Assembly (NCBI GenBank): GCA_963848135.1
Contig: CAWKCK010000003.1
Span: 806,001 to 870,000 of the forward strand
DNA from: an uncultured delta proteobacterium
GTDB lineage: Bacteria > Desulfobacterota > Desulfobacteria > Desulfobacterales > SG8-13
Length of the DNA: 64,000 nt
Direction of reading: 5' to 3'
Made by a program: the position numbers and the translations under genes
Part shown: positions 32,701-43,163 of the stretch, in pieces
Layout: each line of letters opens with the position of its first letter
Numbering within the stretch: the first letter of the stretch is position 1
Notes under the pieces: model-generated
Database searches by the model: none
Seen by the model: the letters and a program-made list of their open reading frames with translations, nothing else
What the model was told of the DNA's origin: nothing

Positions 32701-33016
32701 TTTCAAAATCATCGCAACCCGGGGGACCGCCCGACTCCTGGCAGATAACAATATTCCCACCGATGTCATCAAGAAGGTTTCATTGGGCCGACCACACGTC
32801 GTCGATGCCATCAAAAATGGAGAGATCCAGCTGGTTATAAATACCGGCACCGGAGATACGCCCAGGCAGGACGGCTACAAGATCCGTCGAGCGGCAATCA
32901 AGTTCGGTATTCCTTACACAACCACTTTGGCTGGAGCCAGGGCTATGTGTCGCGGGCTTGCGGCCCTTAAAGAACAGAATTACACGGTAAAAGCCCTTCA
33001 AGACTATCATCACTGA
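29780..33016 (+). CDS. carB: Carbamoyl-phosphate synthase large subunit
   Basis: [43 protein letters not shown], second ATP-grasp, C-terminal MGS domain. Confidence 0.97.
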   Translation: MPKRSDINKILIIGAGPIIISQACEFDYSGTQACKALKEEGFEVILVNSNPATIMTDPEMADRTYIEPVTPETVAMIIEKERPHALLPTIGGQTGLNTAVEVARMGVLDRYGVELIGANIASIEKAEDRDQFRSAMNRIGLKIPRSGIATNMIDVKQISDEIGFPIIVRPSYTLGGTGGGVAYNPEELETLSQAGLDASLIHQVMLEQSVLGWKEYELEVMRDRNDNVVIVCSIENMDPMGIHTGDSITVAPAQTLSDREYQMMRNASIAIMREIGVDTGGSNVQFAINPENGEMIVVEMNPRVSRSSALASKATGFPIAKIAAKLAVGYSLDEIPNDITGETYASFEPTLDYCVVKIPRWTFEKFPETLDVLTTAMKSVGETMSIGRTFKEALQKGIRSLEIGRYGFGADGKDLWNIDALDEQCLSQGEIEQKLAIPNSQRLFFLRYALLSGMSIEAIYDLTGIDPWFLYQLQDILTLEKQIKQERSHPPSAALLQRAKSFGFSDIQLAHLIGGNEDDVRRLRLQLGIQPVYKLVDTCAAEFRAATPYYYSTYETENEARVSDRKKVMILGGGPNRIGQGIEFDYCCVHASFALKEEGVESIMVNSNPETVSTDYDTSDKLYFEPLTKEDVLQIVATEKPDGVIVQFGGQTPLNLSVGLHKEGVPILGTQPESIDRAEDRELFQLMLKKLGLVQPENGTAVSVADALEIADAIGYPVIVRPSYVLGGRAMKIVYDRCDLESYSRLAIMASPEHPILIDKFLEDAIEVDVDAISDGETTIIGGIMEHIEAAGVHSGDSACVLPPYSLDADILEEITAATKAMAAELKVIGLMNVQYAIKGEQLYVLEVNPRASRTVPFVSKATGVPLAKLATKVMLGLSLKSLGLDRESKPVHVSVKEAVLPFDRFPGVDTLLGPEMKSTGEVMGIDMQFGTAYAKSQLGAGQKLPASGSVFISVKDSDKADMLTVAAKFHAIGFKIIATRGTARLLADNNIPTDVIKKVSLGRPHVVDAIKNGEIQLVINTGTGDTPRQDGYKIRRAAIKFGIPYTTTLAGARAMCRGLAALKEQNYTVKALQDYHH

Positions 33017-33098
33017 CAATATCGCAGAAACGTTTGCCGTTCAGGCCAGCTTGCCAATGCGTTCAAGACCCATGAAATCAAGCGATCAGGGAGATGGG

Positions 33099-34538
33099 AT
33101 GAATATAATTAGTCACCTTCAGGAAGACGAAGACAAGCCGAGGGAGGCCTGCGGTATATTCGGTATCCACGGGCATCCCGAATCTGCCCGTTTAGCCTAT
33201 TTCGGTCTTTATGCGCTTCAACACCGCGGCCAGGAAAGCGCCGGCATCGCCGTGTTGCAGTCGGACCGAATAAGGGCCCACAAGGGTATGGGACTCGTAC
33301 CCGATGTTTTCGACAGCTCACACCTCGAACAGCTGAAGGGACCTGCCGCCATCGGGCATGTACGTTATTCGACCACCGGAAGCTCGATCCTCGCCAATGC
33401 CCAACCGTTTGTCGTGCACCACCGCAACAAATCGTACGCTGTTGCCCATAACGGGAACTTCGTCAATTCGCATTCGCTCAAAAAGGAACTTGAGGAGTCC
33501 GGATCGATCTTTCAGACGACCATGGATACGGAAATTTTTCTGCACCTGTTTGTAAAAAATCTCCAACAAGGATTCGAGTCTGCCTTGATCGATACCGTTA
33601 AAAAAATCAAGGGTGCTTTTTCCATGGTGGTGCTGACGTGCAAAGGCGAGCTGGTTGGTATCAAGGACCCCAGCGGCTTCAGACCGTTGTGTCTCGGCAA
33701 GCTTAACGGTCGCTATGTTCTTGCGTCTGAGTCTTGTGCCCTCGATTTGGTCGAGGCCGAGCACATCCGGGAACTCGATCCTGGTGAAATCGTTATCATC
33801 AACGAAGACGGCGTTCGAAGCATTATGCCGCACGAGAAGACCCGTCGCGCGCTCTGTATCTTTGAATTTATTTATTTTGCCCGGCCAGATAGCAATATCA
33901 ATGGTCAGAATGTGTATTTGACCCGTAAAGCCCATGGTCGGTGCCTGGCCGAAGAAGCGCCGGTAGCGGCTGACCTGGTCATGCCTTTCCCCGATTCCGG
34001 CACCTATGCCGCCCTGGGTTACTCGGAGGCCTCCGGCATTCCCTTTGAAATGGGCATGATTCGTAATCACTATGTGGGCCGGACCTTCATCCAGCCGACC
34101 CAGAGCATGCGGGATTTCGGCGTTCGGGTTAAATTGAACCCGGTTAAGAAGCTTCTCAAGGGAAAAGACATCGTTATTATTGAGGATTCCATTATTCGGG
34201 GAACAACCGCCAAGACCCGGGTAAAAGCCTTGCGGGAATTGGGCGTTAAAAGGGTACACATGCGGGTTGCCGGTCCACCGCACCGCTTCCCCTGCCACTA
34301 TGGGATCGATTTTTCCACCAAGGGAGAATTGATTGCCGCCAAAATGTCGATAAATGAATTAAAGGATTTTCTCGGACTCGAATCTCTCCATTATCTCAGT
34401 ATCGACGGCCTCCTCCGATCCACCAGTGTTTCCGAACCTCAAAATTATTTCTGCAAAGCCTGTTTTGACGGCTGCTATCCCGTCGAATTCGATGTAAAAT
34501 TATCCAAAGACTGTCTTGAAAGAAGACAGGCAATTTGA
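33099..34538 (+). CDS. purF: Amidophosphoribosyltransferase (propeptide/Fe-S type)
   Basis: EACGIFG, LQHRGQES, GHVRYST, EDSIIRGTT, CHYGID, CKACF. Start could also be 33072. Confidence 0.95.
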   Translation: MNIISHLQEDEDKPREACGIFGIHGHPESARLAYFGLYALQHRGQESAGIAVLQSDRIRAHKGMGLVPDVFDSSHLEQLKGPAAIGHVRYSTTGSSILANAQPFVVHHRNKSYAVAHNGNFVNSHSLKKELEESGSIFQTTMDTEIFLHLFVKNLQQGFESALIDTVKKIKGAFSMVVLTCKGELVGIKDPSGFRPLCLGKLNGRYVLASESCALDLVEAEHIRELDPGEIVIINEDGVRSIMPHEKTRRALCIFEFIYFARPDSNINGQNVYLTRKAHGRCLAEEAPVAADLVMPFPDSGTYAALGYSEASGIPFEMGMIRNHYVGRTFIQPTQSMRDFGVRVKLNPVKKLLKGKDIVIIEDSIIRGTTAKTRVKALRELGVKRVHMRVAGPPHRFPCHYGIDFSTKGELIAAKMSINELKDFLGLESLHYLSIDGLLRSTSVSEPQNYFCKACFDGCYPVEFDVKLSKDCLERRQAI

Positions 34539-34655
34539 TAAGATTCAAAGGTTAAGTGCGTTTTTATATATGCTACGCTTTCAGCGGTAAGGTGATCCTG
34601 CCGGATGCATAGGTGACTGCTGGTCCATCGACATGTAACCCAGTGCGAGGAAGCC

Positions 34656-35165
34656 ATGATCGAGTCTAAATATCTCAAGGAAAATATAGAAAATATTCAG
34701 AAGTTGATGACCATCCCCGCCTTGAAGAACTTCGAGACCAAGAGTCTCGGGAAGTTGCTGCGCTTGAGCAAGATCCGGCAATACGAACACGGAGAACTCG
34801 TCATCAAGGAAGGCGATCTGGATCCCTGGCTCTATTTTCTGCTTTCGGGTAAGATAAAAATTTCCAAAGCCGGTCACGAAATCGGAACCATCGATCGCAA
34901 AGGCGAAATCTTCGGTGAGATGCGCATTATCGACAGCCTGAGTCGCTCGGCCTCGGTCTATGCTGTCGGTAAAACCGTCTGTATGGCCGTGGACACCTCC
35001 GCCAAGGAACGGCTCTCCAGCGAGGGGACCCGTGATGAAAAATTGGATTTTCTGCTGCTCCTCTACAGAATTTTCGCGGAATACATGTCGATCCGGTTGC
35101 GCCTGACCAACGACGAGCTGATCAAATCCAAAAAACAGGTCGAGCAGCTCAAGAAAACGCCGTAA
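34656..35165 (+). CDS. Stand-alone cyclic-nucleotide-binding domain protein
   Basis: IKEGD...LYFLLSGKIKI...GEIFGEM...RSASV; no DNA-binding HTH. Confidence 0.85.
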   Translation: MIESKYLKENIENIQKLMTIPALKNFETKSLGKLLRLSKIRQYEHGELVIKEGDLDPWLYFLLSGKIKISKAGHEIGTIDRKGEIFGEMRIIDSLSRSASVYAVGKTVCMAVDTSAKERLSSEGTRDEKLDFLLLLYRIFAEYMSIRLRLTNDELIKSKKQVEQLKKTP

Positions 35166-36163
35166 TGAAAAAAACCGTCTCCTTTTCAAGAGACGCCGCC
35201 AACGTCTTTTTTCACATTACAACCCGCTGCAATCTGAATTGCCGTCACTGCTACATCAACACCCACCAACACGGCAATGAAACACTATCCCTGGATGTTG
35301 TCGAACGCTGGCTAAAACTGTTCAGCCAACATGAAGGCAAAGCCAACCTCGTTCTTCTCGGCGGCGAGCCCACACTCCATCCGCAATTGGCGGATATTGT
35401 CAAGACGGCTAGAAAACTCGCATACAACTCGGTTACGATCGACACCAACGGATACCTTTTCCACGATATCCTGTCCAAAGTCGAGCCGGCTGATATCGAT
35501 TACATCAGTTTCAGTCTCGACGGGGCCAGCGCGGCCACAAACGATAAGATCAGAGGGCCCGGTTCATTTGATACCTGCGTGCGGGGCATCCGGAAGGCCT
35601 GTAAGGCCGGGTTTGATATCAGTGTTATCTTCACGGTGAGCAGGGCCAACATTCATGAGCTTCATTTAATGGGCCCACTGCTTCAGTTACTGGAAGTGAA
35701 ACGCTTTTTTATTCAGGTTATCGGTATTCGCGGTCGATCCGTCGCCCACCGATCGGATGACCTGCAGGTTGGGAAAAAGGAGTGGATCAAAATTGTTCCG
35801 GCAGAAGCGGAGAGGATTGCCCGGCTGGGTGTTTCCGTGACATTTCCTAAAGTGTTTCTAACGGCAAACGATACTTTCGAATGCGCCGGGAAAGTCGCAC
35901 AGAATTATTTCATATTTCCGAATGGGCGGGTGTACCGCTGTCCCCTGTGCGAGGACTACCCAATTCACAGCCTGGAAATCACTGAAAACCGTTTGGTCGA
36001 GAACGCCCCGATCAACGAAAACAACTTGTTTCAGCTGGACATTCCCGAGGGCTGCGTGATGAACAAGCTCATACAACCGGACAATTTGTGCTACCGCAGC
36101 GATGGGAAACCCGAGTACAGGATTGCCTGCTGCCTGTTGAAAGAGGAGATTTCACCTGTATAG
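35165..36163 (+). CDS. Radical SAM protein with Cys-rich C-terminal (SPASM/Twitch-like) extension
   Basis: CNLNCRHC, GGEP, DTNG, SLDG; FECAG...GRVYRCPLC...GC...ACCLLK; start overlaps the upstream stop. Confidence 0.88.
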   Translation: MKKTVSFSRDAANVFFHITTRCNLNCRHCYINTHQHGNETLSLDVVERWLKLFSQHEGKANLVLLGGEPTLHPQLADIVKTARKLAYNSVTIDTNGYLFHDILSKVEPADIDYISFSLDGASAATNDKIRGPGSFDTCVRGIRKACKAGFDISVIFTVSRANIHELHLMGPLLQLLEVKRFFIQVIGIRGRSVAHRSDDLQVGKKEWIKIVPAEAERIARLGVSVTFPKVFLTANDTFECAGKVAQNYFIFPNGRVYRCPLCEDYPIHSLEITENRLVENAPINENNLFQLDIPEGCVMNKLIQPDNLCYRSDGKPEYRIACCLLKEEISPV

Positions 36164-36187
36164 CCGTATCCGGTGATCGTGGTTTTC

Positions 36188-36219
36188 AAAAAAACGTTTC
36201 GTCATGCGAACGTTTTTTT
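36188..36219. terminator. Probable bidirectional terminator between convergent genes
   Basis: A-run-CGTTTCG-TCATG-CGAACG-T-run hairpin. Confidence 0.5.
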
Positions 36220-36343
36220 CACCAACCACGAATACTTCCCTTCCGTATTTCGGAGTTTGTTTTTGAAAATCGGTATAACCGTTCGGATCAACTGAAGCGC
36301 TCGGCGACGCTATGAATACGTTTCGCCAAGAAAGGATCGCTTT

Positions 36344-37375
36344 CTAAACATTAAAACGGACATGCAGGATATCGCCGTCCTGTACTTCGTAATCTTTTCC
36401 TTCCAATCTTACCGTACCTTGTTTCCGTGCCGCTGCATAAGAGCCGGCCGACATCAAATCATCATAGGCCAGTACTTCCCCCCTGATAAAACCTTTTTTC
36501 ATGTCAGAATGTATAACTTCGGCAGCATCGATGGCCGGAGTGTTCTTGCGAATGGTCCATGCCCTGACCTCGTCCTCGCCAACGGTGAAAAAAGAAATCA
36601 AACCCAATAGATCGTAGGATTTTTTGATCACCCGGTCCTTGGCTGACGCAGGAATATTGAATTCTTCCAGGAACGCCTCGGCTTCGTCTGCCGCCATCTG
36701 AGCCATTTCCTGTTCGATCTTGCCCCGTATGACCATATGAAATTCATGCGCGACTTGCTCGTGAATATCGGGGAGAGAATCATCTTCATCGTCGTTATTG
36801 AAAAGGACCAGCAGTGGTTTGGCCGACATAAAGGCGAACCCCTTGAGCGGCGATGCGAAGGCCAAATGTGGGTGTTGCCGCAGGGGGGTGTTGCTTTCCA
36901 AAATTTCGGTGCAGTTTGTCAGAAGTCCGCTTTCGTCGGGATCGTTGATCTTGCCCCTTTTCTGGTCCAGGGTGAGCCGTTCCAGGCGTTTTTCGGCCAC
37001 GATGAAGTCAGCCAGGATGAGCTCTTCATCGACGAGTTTGACATCTTCCCACGCCGTTGGATCGGTCAATCCATAGCCGCTGAAATTCCGCACGACGTGA
37101 ATCAGTGCATCACAGTCTCTTACTGCGGTCCAAGTCGACTGGGTTTTGCCGTCAGTTTTATCCATACTGCGGCTGGGCAGAAGGTATTCCACCTGGGCAT
37201 AGGTTGTTTTCTTTGGGGAGTAAATACGGCTAAGAGTGTCGACCCGTTGATCCGGGACCTGAACCGTTCCAATGCGGATTTCGCTCCTGCGGCCGGATTC
37301 TTGGATATTACCGGTGAGCGCCTCGAAAATAGTTGTTTTTCCCGACCCCGGAAGGCCGATAATACCCAGTTTCAT
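36344..37375 (-). CDS. YchF/Obg-like ATPase paralog (DUF933 C-terminus), atypical G motifs
   Basis: MKLGIIGLPGSGKTT, VPDQRVD, DALIHVVR, FFTVGEDEVRAWT, IHSD, RLEGKDYEVQDGD. Confidence 0.85.
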   Translation of the reverse strand: MKLGIIGLPGSGKTTIFEALTGNIQESGRRSEIRIGTVQVPDQRVDTLSRIYSPKKTTYAQVEYLLPSRSMDKTDGKTQSTWTAVRDCDALIHVVRNFSGYGLTDPTAWEDVKLVDEELILADFIVAEKRLERLTLDQKRGKINDPDESGLLTNCTEILESNTPLRQHPHLAFASPLKGFAFMSAKPLLVLFNNDDEDDSLPDIHEQVAHEFHMVIRGKIEQEMAQMAADEAEAFLEEFNIPASAKDRVIKKSYDLLGLISFFTVGEDEVRAWTIRKNTPAIDAAEVIHSDMKKGFIRGEVLAYDDLMSAGSYAAARKQGTVRLEGKDYEVQDGDILHVRFNV

Positions 37376-37612
37376 TCTTCGTAACTTTCCTTCCCCTTGT
37401 ATAACACCGTCCGGGCCGGGGCTATCGGGCCTCGACGCGTTCGGTCGCATCAATCCGAGAAAACCAGCAAATTTTATGAAATCATTACAGGTCATGCCAG
37501 GCGGAAAACATGAACGCCTCAATATGTTGATATTTTCAGGATAACGTCTCGAATGGTATCAATCTCTATAGCACTATCGTTTCGCGGCCCGCAATTGAAT
37601 TATCGAAGGGAA

Positions 37613-37643
37613 CGCAACCGGGAATTGAGGAATCCCGGTTGCG
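37613..37643 (-). terminator. Hairpin downstream of the LEA-like gene
   Basis: 11-bp perfect stem CGCAACCGGGA / TCCCGGTTGCG. Confidence 0.5.
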
Positions 37644-37704
37644 GAGATGAAAACGAATGGGGCGTGTGTACAGTTCCGACAACCAAAAGGCGTAGGGCTT
37701 CGGA

Positions 37705-38223
37705 TTACTCCAAAAGGCTGTCGACGGTGTCATTGAGCCGCAGGTTGCCGGAGGCCTTGAAAGGAAGGGTGGACGGTATCAAGGCGCTGCTCGCCAGATG
37801 GATTCTGCCTTTCAGACCGTAGGAGATGCCAATTTCTCCAGAGGCATTCTGCATTTCCCGTTGCATAAAACGGATAAAAGTCGTGGCAAGATTAAATGCC
37901 GAAGAATAAACGGTAATCGTCACCAAATCACTGCCGAAGGCGGGGATAATTGCCGTTGTTCCGGATACTCCTGTGGCCACAGACTTGTCGTTGATTTCCA
38001 GATCGCACTCTATTCCCTTGATTTCCAAAGGAATGTCGTTACCGTTGATAACCCTCAGGTTCAACTGCAACACTGTTTCGAATAGATCCGCGTTTTCCAC
38101 GCTCAGGCCGGCCAACCGGATTTCCGGGGACTTGAGCGGTTTGCCGATCCCGGCACAACCCGAAAATACCAAAACCAGAGCAGTGATGCCCCACATAAGG
38201 CCAAGATCATGCCATCTTTTCAT
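37705..38223 (-). CDS. LEA type 2 / WHy-domain lipoprotein
   Basis: Lipobox-like FSGC; P.I.LAGL...LRVINGNDIPLEIKGI...LEIND...G.S...IPAFG pattern. Confidence 0.8.
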   Translation of the reverse strand: MKRWHDLGLMWGITALVLVFSGCAGIGKPLKSPEIRLAGLSVENADLFETVLQLNLRVINGNDIPLEIKGIECDLEINDKSVATGVSGTTAIIPAFGSDLVTITVYSSAFNLATTFIRFMQREMQNASGEIGISYGLKGRIHLASSALIPSTLPFKASGNLRLNDTVDSLLE

Positions 38224-38716
38224 ATTTTTGCCCCCCTGTTTACGGTTACACCTGAATTCGCCGTGGTTAGCGAATATTCCGAACGACAACCGCAGGAGCT
38301 TCGTCCATAAGGGTATACAACCTACATCGGTCATCGGGAAATGACAAGAACCAATGCGATGAAGAGGACCGCCATCAATGGGTGACCCAGCAGACGATTG
38401 AAAAGCCATTATTCAATCAAATAATTAAAGTTTTTAGAGAAATATCCGATAGTTTCTTTGCGGCCCCGTGTGGTTTATACGCTTATAGCGGCATCAAGCA
38501 TTGGCTGAGCATCGAAAATTGGCGCCCGTGGAGGGTGCTGATTATGCCGAATTTCGGAACCTGATTAAAAATGAAATTCCTTGGAATCGTTGGCAACATG
38601 GATCCGCCCGCGTGCGGTGGACAGTGCCGGTCAGGCATGTTTTTCAACATGTGCTTATTTGGAGGTTGCCCCTCCGGTTACTTCCCGAAACGTTTAAGGG
38701 TGCAGATACGGTCAAC

Positions 38717-40450
38717 ATGTTGATACCGTTAGATGAAAAAACTGCCAGAACCTGTGCTGCCTGCGTTGGTGCTTTGGATTCAGCGACCGGCCTCGATCCT
38801 TTCGGGCCTGATTGCGAAGAGTTGACCTCCTCGGCAACACGCTGCGACGGCCAGGAAAGATACCATCGCCTCTTTAATGCCGCCGCCCTATCCATCTGGG
38901 AAATGGACCTGTCGGATGTCAAGCGCGCTGTGGATACCCTCAAGCACAGCGGTGTCGATGACATCAGGGGTTATCTCAAGGACCACCCGGAGTATACCCC
39001 TCGGACTTTGAGCACCGTCAGAATCATCGATGTCAATACGGCCACTCTCAAGCTCTTCCGGGTTGAAAACAAATCTGATTTTTTCGAATCGATCGATAAA
39101 TTCCTGACTCCGAAATCCTTACCTGTCTTTTGTGAGTTTCTGGTGGCCCTGTACCAGGAAGAACCGAGCTTTGATGGTGAGGTGATCGGCAGAACGCTGA
39201 GCGGCGAAGATATCAACATCCAGATACATTTCGAATTACCCCGGAACCCGATAAACTACGATAGTGTCATTGTTAGTGCCTTGGACATCAGCGAGCGCAA
39301 ACGCCTGGAAGTCCAGTTCTTAAGCGCGCAGAAGATGGAAGCCATCGGGACCCTGGCCAGTGGGATTGCCCACGATTTCAACAACCTTCTCATGGCGATC
39401 GAAGGCCTGGCGACATTGATGATCCAGGACACCGGATCAGAACATCCCCATTACACCACCCTTCAGAAGATCGAAAAACAAGTTCTTAACGGTGCCAAAT
39501 TGACCGCGCAGCTCCTGGGATACGCCCGGAAGGAACGCCCTCAAGTCACGTATGTCGATCTCAATCAGGTCATCAGAGACACCACCGATGCCTTCGGCCG
39601 GGCGCGGAAACAGATTGCTGTGGACCTAGATCTTGACCAGAATTTGCTCCCTTTAAAAGCGGATCCGGGGCAAATCGAACAGGTTTTGTTGAATTTATGC
39701 GTCAATGCTGCCGACGCCATGCCTGATGGCGGCCGGCTGACTTTGCAGACCACCAACACAACCCATAAAAGTTTTCCGAAACATTTGGCTGCAGTACGGC
39801 CGGGCGACTATGCCCAACTTGTTGTCTGTGACACCGGTGCCGGTATGGACGAAGATACTCGCGCCCGAATTTTTGAGCCATTTTTCACCACAAAGACAAT
39901 GGGCCGGGGGACCGGGTTGGGGCTGGTTTCGGTTTTAGGCATTATTAAAAGGCTTGGCGGTGTGATTGACGTTGACTCTGAAAAAGAACATGGAACCACC
40001 TTCAGGATATACTTACCGGCTTCCCGGCAGGCTTCCCAGAAGAAACTGCCGGCAGCGGGCACCGCGTCGAATGTTCACAGAAGTCAAACCGTTTTGCTCG
40101 TCGATGATGAAGAAGTGGTCCTTGATGTCGGCACACGAATGTTGCAACGAATCGGTCTCACGGTTCTGTCTGCCGGTAACGGTAAGGACGCCCTCCGTAT
40201 CTATGCTGAAAACAAGGACCGGATCGAGTTGGTGATACTGGACATGGTCATGCCGGACATGGGGGGCAAGGTCGTCTTCGATCGTATGAAGCAACTGAAT
40301 TCAACGGTTAAGGTGTTGCTTGCCAGCGGGTACAGCCTCAACGACGAGGCCGCGGAAATCATGCGAAACGGGTGTGACGGTTTCATTCAAAAACCCTACA
40401 ATCTGCAGGCGTTGACGGCCAAGATCGATCAGATTCTTCAGAAAAGTTGA
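38717..40450 (+). CDS. Hybrid sensor histidine kinase (PAS-HisKA-HATPase-REC)
   Basis: AQKMEAIGTLASGIAHDFNN, NLCVNA.DAM, DTGAGM, FEPFFTTK, GTGLGL, LLVDDE...LDMVMP...KPY. Start uncertain (frame open from 38501). Confidence 0.9.
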   Translation: MLIPLDEKTARTCAACVGALDSATGLDPFGPDCEELTSSATRCDGQERYHRLFNAAALSIWEMDLSDVKRAVDTLKHSGVDDIRGYLKDHPEYTPRTLSTVRIIDVNTATLKLFRVENKSDFFESIDKFLTPKSLPVFCEFLVALYQEEPSFDGEVIGRTLSGEDINIQIHFELPRNPINYDSVIVSALDISERKRLEVQFLSAQKMEAIGTLASGIAHDFNNLLMAIEGLATLMIQDTGSEHPHYTTLQKIEKQVLNGAKLTAQLLGYARKERPQVTYVDLNQVIRDTTDAFGRARKQIAVDLDLDQNLLPLKADPGQIEQVLLNLCVNAADAMPDGGRLTLQTTNTTHKSFPKHLAAVRPGDYAQLVVCDTGAGMDEDTRARIFEPFFTTKTMGRGTGLGLVSVLGIIKRLGGVIDVDSEKEHGTTFRIYLPASRQASQKKLPAAGTASNVHRSQTVLLVDDEEVVLDVGTRMLQRIGLTVLSAGNGKDALRIYAENKDRIELVILDMVMPDMGGKVVFDRMKQLNSTVKVLLASGYSLNDEAAEIMRNGCDGFIQKPYNLQALTAKIDQILQKS

Positions 40451-40460
40451 ATCTGGTGCC

Positions 40461-42149
40461 CTATAGCTGGTAACGTGACAATCGCTTTGCACCAAATTGC
40501 ATCGGCAAAAATACCGCGGCCACGCTGATCAGAAGAACCACCGCAAAAGAACTCACCGCCCATAACCCCTGCCAAACAGTCAGGTTTTTTTCCCAGAAAT
40601 CAGCCATGAATATGTAATAAACGGGTCCGGCTTCGAGGGCGGTCACTGTCAGAATGAGCATTGCGCTCAGGATCATGAAGAGCAGCCCTCCGGAACTCGT
40701 AACGGACTGCGCGGGATTTTCGGTCTTGAAATCCGGGTAGGCAGCCCCGATGCCGATGCTGATGGCAACAATGCCCGGCACAATAAAGAAGACGGTTGCG
40801 GTCGAAAGAATCATCATGAGGGCGGTGACATCCAGAAGAATATTCGTGGCCAATGTCAGGAACTCGGTTAATATGAGAAGTGGTGGGTAGTAGATGAAAA
40901 ACTTGATCCAGAGAAAATTTCGGATGGATCCGGGCGATGTTTTTACCAGCCAGAACGCGTCTTTTTCGGCACTTACGGCAGGATATGCAAACCGTCCGGC
41001 AATGGCAGTCAGAACGAACAGGGCCAGGCCCATGTTGAGAAACGAGAGTAGATTTTGCAAGTAGGCGGTTCTGATGGGCGATCTTTCAAGTGGCAGGGCT
41101 TTGAAGTTGTAAATATAGATGAAGACCAACGCAGCAATCAGGAACAGCTGAGACCACTGGCTTTGGTCACGCAAGAATGTTTTGATCTCCTTGGTGGTGT
41201 AAGCCCTTATCGGTCCCGGAAGCAGTGCCGTCAAACGATCGATTCCCAAGCCCCTCCGATAGAGACGTACCTGTGCAGTCTGGGTTTTGGAATACCCGTC
41301 GAAGTAAACCCTATCGGCAAGAGCGACGAGCGCGAACCAGAGTGTTGCCGTGAAACTCCAGATCAATGCCGTGTGAAATCCGCTCTCAGAGAAATTTCCT
41401 TCCAACGATGCCTTTAAAGCGTCAAAGGCCCAGGTCGTTGGCAGAAAAGGCGATGTGGGCGCCTGCAGGGAAGTGACATAGACCAGGACGGTATCGAAAA
41501 CGTCCGGATCAACAAGAGTTTCAGGCTTTAGCAACCGGATGGCCAGATAGAGCACGACAAAGAACAGGATACTCAGAAAAATGAAAATACTCTTCATGCG
41601 GTTGGCCGGCACGATCATGACGACCAGCATGACAGCGGTGGCCCCGATCCCCGAAGCCGTTAGCGCCAGAGGGGCGAACTGCAGCGGTATGCCGAGGTAA
41701 AAAACCGGGCCAGCATGGTATACGATTCCATATGCCATGAAGATTGGTAAGATGTATATTATCACCATCCAGCTGCTGTCTACCGTGGCGTCGATCCAGC
41801 GGGCGATGAAAATCCGGTAGCTCGAGACCGGCATCGAATGGACCAGCTGCAGGTCTCGGCTGAGATAGAGCTTGGAGAGAACTGTCAGAATGCTGCTAAA
41901 GATAAGAAGAGCGAAAGCGACAATCAGGACCATGGAGAGCAACTTGAAATTCAGGATATCACCGATCTCCTCGATCCCCCTAAAGTATTTCAGTACACGG
42001 AGGGAAAGGGTGAACAGACCGGCCCAGAACAACGCGCCGATAGTGCCCAGGAGTATCATCTTGGTCCTGCCGGTGTGGCGATGTTGTCCACGGCCGCTGG
42101 AGATGATTGAAATCAACCGTGGTCTAAGAAGCGTGAGGATATCGGTCAT
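40461..42149 (-). CDS. ABC exporter permease (large, about 12-14 TM)
   Basis: Highly hydrophobic 562 aa; LYLSRDLQLVHSMP, KEIKTFLRD, WLVKTSP; follows an ABC ATPase. Confidence 0.8.
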   Translation of the reverse strand: MTDILTLLRPRLISIISSGRGQHRHTGRTKMILLGTIGALFWAGLFTLSLRVLKYFRGIEEIGDILNFKLLSMVLIVAFALLIFSSILTVLSKLYLSRDLQLVHSMPVSSYRIFIARWIDATVDSSWMVIIYILPIFMAYGIVYHAGPVFYLGIPLQFAPLALTASGIGATAVMLVVMIVPANRMKSIFIFLSILFFVVLYLAIRLLKPETLVDPDVFDTVLVYVTSLQAPTSPFLPTTWAFDALKASLEGNFSESGFHTALIWSFTATLWFALVALADRVYFDGYSKTQTAQVRLYRRGLGIDRLTALLPGPIRAYTTKEIKTFLRDQSQWSQLFLIAALVFIYIYNFKALPLERSPIRTAYLQNLLSFLNMGLALFVLTAIAGRFAYPAVSAEKDAFWLVKTSPGSIRNFLWIKFFIYYPPLLILTEFLTLATNILLDVTALMMILSTATVFFIVPGIVAISIGIGAAYPDFKTENPAQSVTSSGGLLFMILSAMLILTVTALEAGPVYYIFMADFWEKNLTVWQGLWAVSSFAVVLLISVAAVFLPMQFGAKRLSRYQL

Positions 42150-42202
42150 AGTGGTTGTCGCCGGCCGTTTGATATCAGGGTGCGCCTGATGCCGTCGTAA
42201 TG

Positions 42203-42928
42203 TCAGTCGTTGCGTGTCAGATGTAGAAAGGTCTGCTCCAAGTCGGCGTCAGTGACCCCGGCTTCACGCTTGAGATCTTCGGGCGTGCCGGTCGCCTTCA
42301 AGCGCCCGTGATGGATAATACCGATCCGGTGGCAGGTTTTTTCGGCGATTGCCAGGGTGTGCGTCGACATGAAAACGGTTTTTCCTTCGGAGGCCAGGCG
42401 TCCAATGAGGTCTTTTACCATCATAATCGCCATCGGGTCGAGGCCGACCATGGGTTCATCCACGACCAGAACTTCCGGATCGTGAAGTAGTGCTGCGGCG
42501 AAAATCAATCGCTGGCGCATGCCATGTGAATAGGACTCAATCAGTTCGTCGCGCCAGTCATAGAGTGAGAAGCGTTTAAGCTCGCTTGCGGCTTTATCGA
42601 AAAAACCGTTGCGTCCCGATCCATAAAGATCGGCCGTAAATTTCATGAATTCCATTCCGGTCAGCTTCTCATAAAGGTAGGGCCGATCCGGAATGAAGCC
42701 GATCTTTTTTTTGGCCGCTTCCGGTCGTTGACCGATATCAATCCCGCAGATTCTGGCGTTCCCGGCGGTCGGCTGAAGGATGCCGCCAATGATTTTAATT
42801 GTGGTTGTTTTCCCCGCGCCGTTCGGACCGATGAACCCAAACACCTCGCCAGGCCTGACGGTCAAGTTCAGGTCTTTGACGGCTGTAAAGTCGGCATAGG
42901 TTTTGGTGATGCCCTGAAGCTCTATCAT
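42203..42928 (-). CDS. ABC transporter ATP-binding protein
   Basis: GPNGAGKTT, YSHGMRQR, VVDEPMVGLDP, STH. Confidence 0.92.
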   Translation of the reverse strand: MIELQGITKTYADFTAVKDLNLTVRPGEVFGFIGPNGAGKTTTIKIIGGILQPTAGNARICGIDIGQRPEAAKKKIGFIPDRPYLYEKLTGMEFMKFTADLYGSGRNGFFDKAASELKRFSLYDWRDELIESYSHGMRQRLIFAAALLHDPEVLVVDEPMVGLDPMAIMMVKDLIGRLASEGKTVFMSTHTLAIAEKTCHRIGIIHHGRLKATGTPEDLKREAGVTDADLEQTFLHLTRND

Positions 42929-43163
42929 TTTTATACCGTTTTTTTATGCAGTGGTTCTTTCACGATTTTTTCTGGCTTTTTCATTCTCCGGTTGCACGCC
43001 GGTTAACAGCTTCCTTTGAAAGGCGTCGTTTCCGGTCCGGTTGCCAGATTGAAGCGGTTTAGAGCACCTGCCAAACACTGTAGATCGTGCCCAGGCGTGA
43101 TTTTAACATAGCTTGATATAGAATACGAATCAGTATCCGCGATCTAATCGCTTACCGACGAGG

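Noticed and set aside
29705..34298. Long antisense ORFs (309 aa and 326 aa) over carB and purF
   Set aside because: Codon-bias shadows of conserved genes with no recognisable motifs; the same applies to similar ORFs over glnA, gatZ and nuoFG.
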